From positions 69,199-133,198 of the forward strand of contig CAVPRW010000020.1 in NCBI GenBank assembly GCA_963707985.1: a stretch of 64,000 nucleotides of DNA, given 5' to 3'. Positions 34,920 to 46,460 of the stretch are shown here, in pieces; position 1 is the stretch's first letter; every line of letters starts with the position of its first letter. Below the pieces are notes generated by a model. That model had not been told where the DNA came from, searched no databases, and was given only the letters and a program-made list of their open reading frames with translations. The position numbers and the translations under genes are program-made. This DNA comes from an uncultured Nitrospinota bacterium. GTDB lineage: Bacteria > Tectomicrobia > Entotheonellia > J063 > CAVPRW01.

Positions 34920-36164
34920 TTACGGGTTGTTGTTGGTATTCGCGAAACATAAAGCTATAACATCTTCAGACTCATCGTTATCAGTCGTAGTGTTTCTAAA
35001 TGGAGGGGAAGTCATTTCTTCCCAGAAGACGCCATTTGTCGTGGTTGGAGGCGTGCTGCAATTAACCAAGCAACGTTTGTGGCTGTTGACCCCATTAACC
35101 CAATTGCTTCCGGGATCCGTCGTTCCCGAGGCGTCGGTATCAGGAGTTTCAGCCAAGCCGCCTGTCCAACCCAAAATCCAAGGGCCGCCACTTGCTCCGC
35201 CGGTTAAATCGCTGCCGATGATTTTAGAAATCTGACCACCACCTGTAAAATCCTGGGTGTACCAATCGGTCGACGCCGTCGTCTGGAGAGTTCCTCCGGT
35301 GAACGGCGAGGCTGCTGGATAGCCGAATGTACGTTCGGCCTGACTAGGAGCAAAGTTCCAAGCACGTCCCAACCATCCCGTGACATTGCCGATTTTATTG
35401 GCAACGACCGTGCCCGTGGTAGCTGTTACTAAACAGGAATAATCGTAATCCGGATCTCCCGAAGTGTGCCAATGACCCGATACTGCACTTGTAACGACGG
35501 ACCAGCAGCCCCTGGTTGCATCTGCAACGCCATTAAAGCTTGGACAAAACAGCCGGTTAGTGGCGAAATGTCCAGCCCCATCCGAATTACAATGTCCCGC
35601 TGTAATCAATGTGCTTCTATTGATCACTGAAGCAGAACAAACGAAATTTTGATTATTGAGTGTGAAGAATAATTTTCCAATAGTCGACTTGGGGTAGGCG
35701 GTAATCGGATTGGCCTCTCTCCAGCGCTGAAACGGACCGTAGGGGCCGTCTTTGGGGTTAGTGGGTTTAGTGCCATGCATCGGTTGAAGTTGAATCAGAT
35801 CACCATAAGCCAAGCTCTCGGAAGAAAACGCGTTTTGAGAAGATATTGTGCGTGGTGCGTCGTCGCAGTTGCTGGCGTTAGGACGACAGCCCGGGGCATA
35901 GCCTGGCGCAGCTGGTTCGCCGCTTTCCTCGCTAACCGGGGGAGAAGCCAAAGAAAGCGCGTCGACAGTGACTATGGGTATAGGCATCGGTTTGGCGTTA
36001 GCCATTTTTTCCACCGTCCAGTAAGACACAATCGCCTGCGTATCGACAGCCACCTGCGCCCCTCCATCGATCTCTTCCGAAACGACACCGTTCTGCGATT
36101 GCGCGTTCGTTATAGCCATGATAGACCATAACCCTGTGACGATGAGAGCTTTTGGATATCTCAT
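34920..36164 (-). CDS. Secreted trypsin-like (S1, V8-like) serine protease with propeptide
   Basis: IGKLFF, CSASV, TAGHC (His), DYDY (Asp), GGASGGPW (Ser), NGVNS. Confidence 0.9.
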   Translation of the reverse strand: MRYPKALIVTGLWSIMAITNAQSQNGVVSEEIDGGAQVAVDTQAIVSYWTVEKMANAKPMPIPIVTVDALSLASPPVSEESGEPAAPGYAPGCRPNASNCDDAPRTISSQNAFSSESLAYGDLIQLQPMHGTKPTNPKDGPYGPFQRWREANPITAYPKSTIGKLFFTLNNQNFVCSASVINRSTLITAGHCNSDGAGHFATNRLFCPSFNGVADATRGCWSVVTSAVSGHWHTSGDPDYDYSCLVTATTGTVVANKIGNVTGWLGRAWNFAPSQAERTFGYPAASPFTGGTLQTTASTDWYTQDFTGGGQISKIIGSDLTGGASGGPWILGWTGGLAETPDTDASGTTDPGSNWVNGVNSHKRCLVNCSTPPTTTNGVFWEEMTSPPFRNTTTDNDESEDVIALCFANTNNNP

Positions 36165-36915
36165 GCTTACAGACCTCCCCTCGGAATGCGGCGTGTGTTT
36201 TGATGAACTGGTGTCAAAGGTGTGTTGCTCTCGTTCAATTCCCAAGAGTCCCTGGTGCTCTATCGCCCTCAGTCTCGGAAGCGGTCCGCTCGCCAGGTCT
36301 TGCCCCCTCGGCCATGACTCCTATGAGAGCGGATGGCCACGACATAAGGGCGGCCTAGCAAGCCAGATACGTGACGGGAATTTGACGAGGGTGGCGTAGA
36401 AACACCTCGTCAATGCGATCGCACTGATACGTTGTAGCTTTGGCGATGCCACCCGTTTCTCTATGGTCGCAGGTAACAGCTAGGTCATATCTAGCAGATC
36501 AAGTAAACATTTGTCTAGTCAAAAATTATCATATTATTTTATTAATCATATATTATAATCAAATTTCGTAAACTTATCAGTGGCTGAGCGGATCTGCCTG
36601 GGAGTATGCTGGAGGTCACTGAGACGGTAAGTTTCAATCGTTCAGGAGGATGGTCAGGAGGGAGCTATGGACGTGCAAGTTCCCATTGCAGTCGATGAAG
36701 CGTAGCTTTCTGAGCTGCTTCGGAAAGAAACTGACTCTGGACCGGGTCGTGCCGACCCTCTCGGCCAGCGTTTCTTGACTAATCCGCAGATCGCCGGGTC
36801 TGTTTACCCTTCTTTGCCATGGTAGAGGCGGGTGGCAGGTACGCCATCGCCAAACCCTGCCCCTACCATGACGACATCCCCCTGCATACCGTGTTCTTGC
36901 AGGGGAGCGGGGTAC

Positions 36916-37206
36916 CTACCGACCGTCTTTCATCGCGGCTGCTCTGGCGCGGGCCGCTTCTTTGTCGCGAAACCAGAGCGCATCGATGTCGGCATACGCC
37001 CTCCATTTTGTAGGGAGCTCGTACTCGGCATATATCGCTTTCACCGGACACACTGGCACACAAGCACCACAATCGATGCATTCAATAGGATCGATGTACA
37101 GCTTGCGATCCTTTCCTGCCTCAAAGTGAATACACGCCACAGGGCAGGCGCGTATGCACGCCTGGTCCATGACGTCAGTGCATGGTTCTCCAATCACGAA
37201 CGCCAT
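36916..37206 (-). CDS. FdxA-type ferredoxin
   Basis: MAFVIGEPCTDVMDQACIRACPVACI...CIDCGACVPVCPVKAI. Confidence 0.92.
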   Translation of the reverse strand: MAFVIGEPCTDVMDQACIRACPVACIHFEAGKDRKLYIDPIECIDCGACVPVCPVKAIYAEYELPTKWRAYADIDALWFRDKEAARARAAAMKDGR

Positions 37207-37399
37207 GCCCATCACCTCCCTCTTAGCTCGATACGCCCATGCGCGACCCGCCGGAGGGTTTTCTCCTGGCAACACCATAACGGACTTGCCAGTGGCGGAT
37301 TGTGCAAAGTCTAGACACACGCCGAACACCGGCGGGCGTCCGCACGCTCGGCGGCGTTGACGAGCAAGAGGAAGAGCGCGACAGTAGACGGTAGACATT

Positions 37400-37428
37400 A
37401 AAAAACCCCAACCTTTTGTGGTTGGGGT
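37400..37428 (-). terminator. Intrinsic terminator (riboswitch expression platform)
   Basis: ACCCCAACC-ACAAAA-GGTTGGGGT followed by a T tract on the minus strand. Confidence 0.75.
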
Positions 37429-37480
37429 CGAGCACCATGGCTACTCCACTGGCACCCTTCCCCTCGAAAGGCTCCCCAGC

Positions 37481-37655
37481 AGAAAGCCAAGCAGGTCTCC
37501 TGGCTCGCGGCTCTCGTCTACTCTCTGCGCCTTCCCAAGGCCTCGCACCTCAGTGGCCAGTGCAGATTTCGGACCGCACACAGTTGCGGGGCAGCGATGG
37601 CTTCGCACCATCTTCCCTACTCACAGCGTCGTGCTGTGAGGCAACCTGGCTTTCT
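37481..37655 (-). ncRNA. Cobalamin riboswitch
   Basis: Minus strand: AGGGAAGATGGTGCGAAGCCATCGCTGCCCCGCAACTGT, GCCACTG..GGGAAGGC, GAGCCAGGAGACCTGC; closing stem AGAAAGCCA/TGGCTTTCT. Confidence 0.93.
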
Positions 37656-38215
37656 TCGATCAATCAATTGTACAATGGACCCTAATGCAATCTCCGGCGT
37701 GCTGTCAAGATAAATTTTGCTGGGCTCGTACACAGGCATCAGCACGGTCAACCATAGTCACCACGTAACGCCAGGGTCAGGACTGAATGTACCGGACAAA
37801 CGCCCTCATCGTCTTCCTCACACCGCTATCCTGCAGCTGACGCAACGATTATTATAGAGAGATCCGTGTGCCGATCCATAGGCGGTTCCGCCTATTTTGG
37901 TCCATCGAAAGGTATAGTGCCGTCAGCCTGATGCTGCTGCTACCCCCTTCAGGGCAGAGCGTCCAGCGGAGCCCTAAGCCCCACCACTGGCCCCGGCCGG
38001 TTCGGGTCTGGACGTGCTCCCCAGTGTGCGGCCAGGGTAAGGAGACATGCCCACGCGGTAGGCGCGGACAGGCCTGGGGGGAAATACCCATATTACGGCG
38101 AACAGAGGCATGCAGGCGACGGCTGACCGCGTCCGTTGCGCTTCCGCACTCATCCGTGCCTGATGCCTGACGTTGGCCATCGTAAAGCCAGGGCTATCCT
38201 GAAAGGGACTGTAGT

Positions 38216-40826
38216 TCAGATCACGCCGTCTTCGGCCAGCGTCTTGATCTCCTGGGGCGACATCCCCAACAACTCGCCGTACACATAGTCGTTGTCCTCA
38301 CCATAGCAGGGCGCACCACGGTCGAGGCGGCCACCGATGTAGGCCGGACTCTCGCTCATCTTGACCGCCACCTCGGCCACGGGCCAGCGGCCGATCTTCG
38401 TGCCCGTCACCTCCGTCAACCATTTGAGCGCGGCCAGTTGCGGATCATGATCGCAGCGATCCTCGGCCGTCTGACAGACCCCCGCCGGCACGCCGGCCTG
38501 CTGCAGACTATACATGGCGTGGTAAGGCTCCTGGGTCTGTGTCCACTCGCCGACCAGGGCATCAAGGGCATCCTGGTGCGCCAGCCGTGCAGCTAGATTC
38601 GCAAACCTCGGATCGTTCGCCCACTCGGGGTGTCCTGCTACCGTGGTCAGGGCACGCCATTCGTCCTCCGTGAAGCAGGCTATGGTGATCCAGCGATCCT
38701 CTCCAGTGCAGGGATAGACGCCGTGGGGTGCCGCCGGCTTGTACGGGGACCGGTTGCCGTAGCGTGTCCAGATCCGCCCGTTGGCCGACCAGTCGAGAAC
38801 GCTGGTGCCGCTAATGAACAGGCCGACTTCGGACTGCGAGGCATCAATCCACTGTCCTTCCCCAGTCCGGGCCCGATGGAAGAGGCCAGTGAGCATGGCC
38901 AGGGCGAAGCTATAGGCCCCCATCCAGTCCAGGTAAGAGTAACCCCAGCCGGCCGGCATCGCCGGCTCGGGCAGCCCTGACATCTCCGACAAGCCCGCGA
39001 AGGCGTTGGCGATCGGACCCACGGTGCGAAAACGACCGTAGGTGCCCTGCGCCCCCATACCGGACTGCTGGACATAGATGATGTCGGGCTTGATGACCTT
39101 CAGTGCCTCGTATCCCAAACCCCAATTGTCCAGGACTCCCGGCGAGAAGCCTTCGGCGACGATGTCAGACATCGCCACCAACCGCCTGGCGATCTCCAGT
39201 CCCTTCGGGTGCCGGACATTCAGCGAGATGCCCCGTTTGCCGGGGTTCTTATTGTTGAATTGCCCACCCATGTCGGGGTCGGTCATGCCTGGCAGGGGCG
39301 CCGTGGCCTGTTCGCGGGCGGCACGCCCGCCGACGGGAGCCATGGCCGCCATGCGGGTGTCCGGATGGCTCTTCAGCTCGACCTTGATACTCTCGGCGCC
39401 AAAGGCACTCAGAAACCGCGTGCCGCCGGCGGAAGCCAGGAACCAGGTGAAGTCCAGGATGCGGATGCCCTGCAAGGGGAACGGTTTGCCGTGGGGCGAG
39501 AGTTCTTCTGAGACCGGCCAACGCGGCGCAGCATCGATCGCCGGCCGGTGGCGCGGCGGCGGGGTGGCCACGGCCTGGGCATCCTCATTCATCAACGGTG
39601 CTCGCCTGCCGACCGTCCAGGAGGTCGCCGTGCCGAGCCATTTGCTCGTGGCGTAGCGGAAGGCACGACCCAATTCGGGGTGAGTGATATCTGTCACGCT
39701 TTGACGTGCTATCCAATGCGGATCGAGGGCGTTCTCGTGCGGCTTGCGCAGCGGCGCCCACAGCATGCCCGCCTCCTGGGCTTCACGCCAGGGTACGTTC
39801 TCGTAGGTGAAGGCCCGCACGAAGCGCTGCACAACCTCCATGGGGTGGGTACCTTGTGCCGCCGTTTCGGGCGCGGTGCCCGGAACGAAGCGGCTGCCCT
39901 GGGGCGCGGCGAGCTGCTCAGCGCTGAGGTTGGCGGCCAGGCCATAGCGTTCGGCCAAGGCGACGAGTCGTGCCACGTCGCCGGGGCGCGTGCCCAAATT
40001 CGCCATCACCCAGCGCCCGTCTTTGGTGTGCGCGATGGACGGGAACGGCGACACCGTTTCACGGGCATGACGGCAGGTTTGGCGCAGCACCAGGACGTGT
40101 CGCATCACCCACGACATGAGGTCGACCTCGGTGCATTTCGACACGGCTTCGTGAACGGCGCACGACAGCTGCTGTCCCTTCCCAGTACGCCAGCGAAAGA
40201 GCAGCGCCGCGATGATCGCCATGGCCAGCTGCTCGCCAGCGATGTGATAGGCGTGCCACATCTGCGGAGCGATCGGCGGTAAATCGTACTTTCCGCCGGG
40301 GGCTGGGTCGTAGCCGCAATTCATCATGACGCCCCCGAGCGCCAGGTGTATCAAGTCCGAGCTCTTGAAGTCGGCCCAGGGGCCATCGTCCCCGAAGGGG
40401 GACATACGTGCCACGATCAGAGTGGGAAACTCCTGCAGCAGCGTGTCCGCGCCCAACCCCGAGGCCGTCAAGCTCGCCCCTGGGGGTGGACTCCAGCAAC
40501 ACGTCCGCCGTGGCGACAAGCGCACGGAACTGCTCGCGATCTTTCTGCTGGTGCAGATCAAGCATGATCGAGCGCTTTCCACGGTTGTACTGCCAGAAGA
40601 ACAGGGAGCGCTCGGGATCTTCTCGGTCTTCGTAGAAGGGACCGATGCGGCGCGTGGGACTGCCGCCGGGTGGCTCGACTTTGATGACCTCGGCGCCCAA
40701 ACCCATGAGCGCGAGCCCACAATACTCCGCTTGCTCATCGGCCAGCTCGATGACGCGGAGGCCGGTGAGCGCCCCCGTGGTGTGTGTGCTGTGGCTCTGG
40801 ACCGAATGCTCATCCTGTGCTGCCAT
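38216..40826 (-). CDS. Tandem-domain CaiB/BaiF family III CoA-transferase (frameshift ~40460)
   Basis: LTGLRVIEL..GAEVIKVEPPGG..NRGKRS, plus a second domain LQGIRILDFTW..NPGKRGISLN. Confidence 0.9.
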
Positions 40827-41250
40827 GGTAACCCTCCCTGGGTATATCAAGTGGTGAGACCAGCGCCAGCTTAAGACCCTCGTCCGGATAACGGTCAGCC
40901 TGATCTGCGCCAAAACTGTGAGCCTCGAACCTCGATCATGCCGTGTACGCGCTGCCAGATGGTAATAGGTTGTTCAGGGTAAAAGAATGCGCAGCATTGT
41001 AGCCCAAATTCGGATGTGATGCAGCAAACCCTTGGGGACACGGCCCATAGTCAGCCACGGGACTCTACCGCCATGAGCCCTTTACCCTCAGCTGCTCCGC
41101 GCTCTCACGGACAATCCATTACCATCTGTCATGCTTTTCAGAAAAGCAATCGATTATACTTTTTTCTAGCGCTTTGATATGGTATGTAGACGCCAGGTAG
41201 GATTAGATGGTCCCCTCTTCGATCCCGATTAGGCCCGATTAGAAAGGAAC

Positions 41251-42595
41251 ATGGGAGTGAAGCCAGTCAGCTTGCTGTTCGACGTCAAGAACATCCACTA
41301 CGCCTGGGTGACGCTGGGCATTGCCATCGCCATGCGCCTGATCAGCTCCGTCGAGCGCACGGCATCCGGGGTGCTGGTGGCCTACATGGTCGACCCGGCC
41401 GGCGACTTCGGCTGGAGCCGCAGCGTGGTGGGCCTGGCCTTATCGCTGCAATGGATTTTCTCGGGGGTCTTTGGGCCACCGGCCGGCTGGTTGGGCGACC
41501 GGTACGGCCTCCGACGCACGATGGCGGTGGGCGCCCTGCTGTTCCTGACGACCTCGCTGCTCATTGGCCTGGTCACCGTCCCATGGCAATTCATCCTGTA
41601 CTTCGGCATCTTCATGAGTGCCGCCCTGGCCATTTTCCAGGTGCCGCTGGTCACCGCCGTCACCATGTGGTTTTCCAGGCACCTGGGCGTCGCCATGGGG
41701 CTATTGCAGTCGGCCCAGGGCCTGGCCAACGTGATGTTTGCGCCGCTCATGGTCGTGATGTTAACGCGGCTGGGCTGGCGCTGGGCCTTCTGGGGACCCG
41801 GCATCGTGGGGGGGCTGCTCCTGTTGGTGCTGATCCGCTTCTTCCGCAACGAGCCGGCCGAAATCGGGCTTGCGACCCCTGGGAGCCGATCCCCAGACCC
41901 CCATCCAGCCTGTGCAGAGTGGTCCACGTGCGCGGGTGCGAACCACCATTTTCCTCCAGCAGGCCAGGCGCACGTTCGCCTTCTGGAACCTCATCGGCAT
42001 CCACTACTGGGGGTGCGCCGGACACGCCATCATCGTCGTCTACCTGGCAGATATGGTCCGGAGCCAGGGCCTGTCCCTGGCCACGGGGGCTCTGGTGGTG
42101 AGCACGATGTTTGGGGTCAGCTCCTTCACGCGCTTCGCCGTCCCCATCCTCGCCGACCGGGCCGGGGGTAAGCCCGCCATGGCCCTGTGCTTTTTCCTGC
42201 AGGCGCTGCCCATCGCGATGCTCTTCTGGGCCCATGAGACCTGGCAGTTCTACCTGTTTGCCGTGCTCTTCGGCATCGGCTTTGGGGGGGAAATGAGTGC
42301 CTTCCCGATCATCAATCGCCAGTATTACGGCGGCGCCCCGACGGGGACCGTCTATGGTTGGCAGATGCTGGGCGCGGGGATCGGTATGGCCAGCGGTTCC
42401 TTTCTGGGTGGGGTATTGCGGGATCTGACAGGTGACTATACCCTGCCGCTCATGTGCTCTTTCGTCCTCAGCCTGATGGGAGCCACGGCTATCCTGATCT
42501 TGCCCTCCACGGCCCACCACCAGATACCGGAGTGGGAAGAGGCACTGCCACCGGAGGTCCGCTCCACCACAACAGTGCGTCCGGCCACCTCATGA
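41251..42595 (+). CDS. MFS transporter (frameshift ~41875)
   Basis: GWLGDRYGLRR motif A; TM helices across two frames; ILADRAGGK. Confidence 0.88.
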
Positions 42596-42752
42596 CGTAG
42601 GCTTCCGGTGCAAAAGATCCAATTGTCGGCGCCATACCGATTGTGATAGTCTCTGGTTCGCAGACTCGACTGTGACGTTTCGGGCCTGACGGCTGTCTCG
42701 CGCAAGGGCAGGGAGAAAAGCAACCAGCGCAAACCCCGAGAGGAGGAATGCC

Positions 42753-43894
42753 ATGGCGTCCACCAGACGAGATAAAGCGCTCGTGGTCATCCAGCTGAGC
42801 GGCGGCAACGACTGCCTCAACACCGTTGTCCCATACGCCAACGGGCTCTACTACGATTTCCGCCCCACGGTCAACATTGCGGCCGAGGATGTCTTACCCA
42901 TCGATGATGCCTTCGGCTTCAATCCGAGCATGGGACCTATCAAACGCCTGTGGGACGAGGGGAAAGTCGCCATTATCAACGGCATCGGCTATCCGCACCC
43001 CGATCGCTCGCACTTCCGATCGATGGACATATGGCACACCGCTGAGCCTGACAAAATCGGTAAGGAGGGCTGGCTAGGCCGCGCCATACGCACCTGGATC
43101 CCAAAGGTGACAACGTGCTCACGGGCATCAATTTCGGTCGTGGCTTGCCGAGAGCCCTCGGGTGCCGGGGGGTTCCGGTCGCTTCGGTAGGGAACCTCGA
43201 GACCTATGGTCTTTACCCTGACCTGCAGGATGAGCGGTCGCGACAGTTTGCGCTACAGACCTTCGCCAAGATGTACGGTGTTGGCACAGGTCGAGATGCC
43301 GTCATGGGCTTCTTGGGTCAGACCGCCTCTGACGCGCTGAAGGGCGCCGATATTCTTCGGACCGCACCCGCGAAGTATGCCTCCACCGTGACCTATGCCA
43401 ACACTTCCATGGGACAGAGCCTCAAGAGCATGGCCCAGGTGATGTTCGCCGACCTCGGCACGCGGATTTACTACACCCAGTATGGCAGCTTCGATACCCA
43501 TTCCGGCGAGCTCATCTCACACGCCAAGCTGTGGCAGGAGGTTGCTGGCGCGGTCGGGGCCTTTATGGATGACTTGCAAGAGCACGGCCGTGAGGATGAC
43601 GTCGTCATCTTGATCTTCTCCGAGTTTGGGCGCCGCATCCGCGACAACGGTTCAGGCAGCGACCACGGCTCGGGCGGCGTGGCCTTTGTCATCGGCAACA
43701 CGGTGCAGGGTGGGATGTACGGTGAGTATCCGTCCCTGAAGGTTGAAGCGCAGTTGGAGGGTGATCTGCACTTCAACAACGACTTTCGTTGTACCTATTC
43801 CACGCTCCTGGAGCAATGGCTGGGCTTGGAGCCCGCGCCTATTGTGAACGGCCGGTTCGAGCAGTTCGCCTGTCTCAACACATCAGCATCGTAG
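42753..43894 (+). CDS. DUF1501 family protein (frameshift ~43100)
   Basis: LVVIQLSGGNDCLNTVVP, DRSHFRSMDIW, FDTH, FSEFGRR, GSDHG. Confidence 0.9.
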
Positions 43895-43927
43895 ACAACA
43901 CATGCGTGTGTGGAAGGAGGCGGGAGT

Positions 43928-45344
43928 ATGCCTAACCAAGACATGACACTCATGGCGCACTTGCTGCGCCGCGCCGGGTTTGGTGCGACGCCGTGATGAC
44001 CTCGAAGCCTATGTCGCCAAGGGCTATGAGGCCGTGGTCGAGGAATTGCTGCACCCCGGCGATCCACAGGCCATGCCGGAGGACCTCATCCGTCGCTACC
44101 ACGTGGATCAGTCCGAGCTTCGCCAGCTTGACGCCGCCGGAGCCAACTGGCTGTATCGCATGATCACCACTCAATGCCCCTTGGAGGAGAAGATCGCCCT
44201 CTTCTGGCATGGCCTCTTCGCGACGGGCTACGCCAAGCTCAATCAGGCCAGGGCACTGCTCAACCAAATCGACATGTTCCGGCGCTATGGTCTGGGGCGC
44301 TTCGATACGCTGCTCGTCGAGCTCTCCAAAGACCCGGCCATGATTGTGTGGCTCGATAATAACAACAATCACAAAGGCGCCATCAACGAAAACTACGGGC
44401 GTGAGTTGTTGGAGCTGTTCTCGATGGGCATCGGGAACTATAGCGAGCAGGATATCAAGGAGTGCGCCCGTGCCTTCACCGGATGGACGCTGGGGAACGC
44501 CGAGTACATGGCCGTGCGCGCCAGCAAGGACTCCATCTGGCCCTATGGGCGTATCGCCTGGCACTTTGAGTACCGCGATGGGGACCACGACGACGGTGAA
44601 AAGACCTTCCTGGGAGAGACTGACCGCTTCGATGGCGAGGACATCATCGCCATCGTCGCCCGCCAGGAGGCCACGGCGCGCTTCATCAGCCGACGGCTGT
44701 TTCAGTTCTTCGCCGCAGATGAGATCGACGCCGAGGGCGAGCAGACGATCCAGGAGATGATGCGGTCCTACTTCGACTCCGGCTACGAGATCCGTGCGGT
44801 GTTGCGGACGTTGTTCCTCTCCGACTATTTCACCTCAGAGCAGGCGCGCTACGCCCGCGTCAAGGGACCCGTGGAGCTGGTGGTTGGCGCCCTCCGACTG
44901 GCGGGAAGCTATCGGACGCCCACGCTCGGGGCCCATCAGCTGGCGTACCAAACATTCTATATGGGGCAGGGCCTACTTCAACCGCCCTCGGTCGAGGGCT
45001 GGCACGAGGGACTGGAGTGGGTGGACAGCGGCTCACTCCTCGAGCGGATCAACTTCATTGCCAAGGAGCTCAGTAACGTGCAGAACCCGGGCGTACGGGC
45101 CATCATCTCCCGGCTGGCTGCTGAGAATGGTGGCACGCTGACGCCCGAGCAGTTGGTTGACCGCTGCCTCGAACTGGTCGGTCCCCTCTCGGTGCACGAC
45201 GATACCCGTGCGGCTCTGGTCGAATTTGCCGCCGTGGATGGCGCCCTGCACCTCAAGGAACGCCAGCCAGGTGATTCAGCCGAACAGCGAGTCGGCACTA
45301 TGCTGCGGCTGATCGCCTCGACCAGGGAATTCCAACTGGCTTAA
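43928..45344 (+). CDS. DUF1800 family protein (frameshift ~43990)
   Basis: AHLLRRAGFG, EKIALFWHG, INENYGRELLELFSMG, PPSVEGW, EFQLA. Confidence 0.9.
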
Positions 45345-45383
45345 CACGAGTGGCTAGGGGGTAGTGGTTGAGGGGGAAGAACA

Positions 45384-46415
45384 GTGAGCACTCTGGCCGC
45401 GACGCCAAGTGTCATGATGCGGTATGTCAAGACCATTGGTATGGTCAACAATGGGTACAACGGGCGTGGCTTCGCGAATCCCTACGATCTGGCCGTGAGC
45501 CAGGATGGGCGTATCTTCGTGTTGAACCGGTGCGACCCGACGCGTGCCGCTGCCATCCGGGTGGGCATCTGCACGCTGGATGAGGAGTACCTCGGAGAGT
45601 TCGGCAATGGCTTCGGCTCCGGTGATGGGCAGTTCACCTGGCCTGTGGCGATGGCCTTTGACAGCCAGGAGCAATTGTACATCACTGATGAGCATAACCA
45701 CCGCATTTCGATATTCGCGACGTCAGGAACATTCCTGGGTAAATGGGGCACATTGGGCGGTGCTGCCGGCGAGCTCAACGGACCCGCTGGCATCGCCATA
45801 GACGCTGAAGACCAGGTGTATGTCGTGGACCAACACAACCATCGCGTGCAGAAATTCACCACCGATGGCCGGTATATCCTCCAGTGGGGCGAGGCCGGCA
45901 CACGCGACGGCCAGTTCAATCTCCCCTGGGGTGTGGCTGTGGATGCCCAGGGTGCGGTGTATGTAGCGGACTGGCGCAACGACCGCATCCAAAAATTTAC
46001 CCCCGATGGGCAGTTCGTAGCCAGGTTTGGCGAGTCAGGGCAGGGCGAGGGCCAGTTCAATCGGCCGTCGAGTGTCGCCGTAGACTCGGAAGGGTACATG
46101 TATGTGGCGGACTGGGGGAATGAGCGCATACAGGTTCTAGGGCCAGACGGGAGCTTCCAGTTGCAGCTGCGCGGGCAGGCCACCCTATCGAAATGGGCTG
46201 AGGAGTTCTTCGCCTCCAACCCAGATGAGTGGCAGACGCGAGCCGTTTCGAACCTTATCCCGAACTTGCCTCCTCACCTCAATACGCCATACCACATCTC
46301 TTCCCAGACCGAGCCGTACTTCTGGGGGCCCGTGTCGGTGAAGCTCGATCGGGAGAACCGCCTCTACGTCCCTGAAACCAACCGGCACCGCGTGCAGATT
46401 TACCAGAAATCCTGA
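45384..46415 (+). CDS. NHL-repeat beta-propeller protein
   Basis: Repeated GQFN.P.GVAVD..G.VYVADW.N.RIQKF. Confidence 0.9.
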   Translation: MSTLAATPSVMMRYVKTIGMVNNGYNGRGFANPYDLAVSQDGRIFVLNRCDPTRAAAIRVGICTLDEEYLGEFGNGFGSGDGQFTWPVAMAFDSQEQLYITDEHNHRISIFATSGTFLGKWGTLGGAAGELNGPAGIAIDAEDQVYVVDQHNHRVQKFTTDGRYILQWGEAGTRDGQFNLPWGVAVDAQGAVYVADWRNDRIQKFTPDGQFVARFGESGQGEGQFNRPSSVAVDSEGYMYVADWGNERIQVLGPDGSFQLQLRGQATLSKWAEEFFASNPDEWQTRAVSNLIPNLPPHLNTPYHISSQTEPYFWGPVSVKLDRENRLYVPETNRHRVQIYQKS

Positions 46416-46460
46416 AGCGCTATTCCTTTGGAGCGTGATCGCGGAAAGAGAGCGTGCCAT

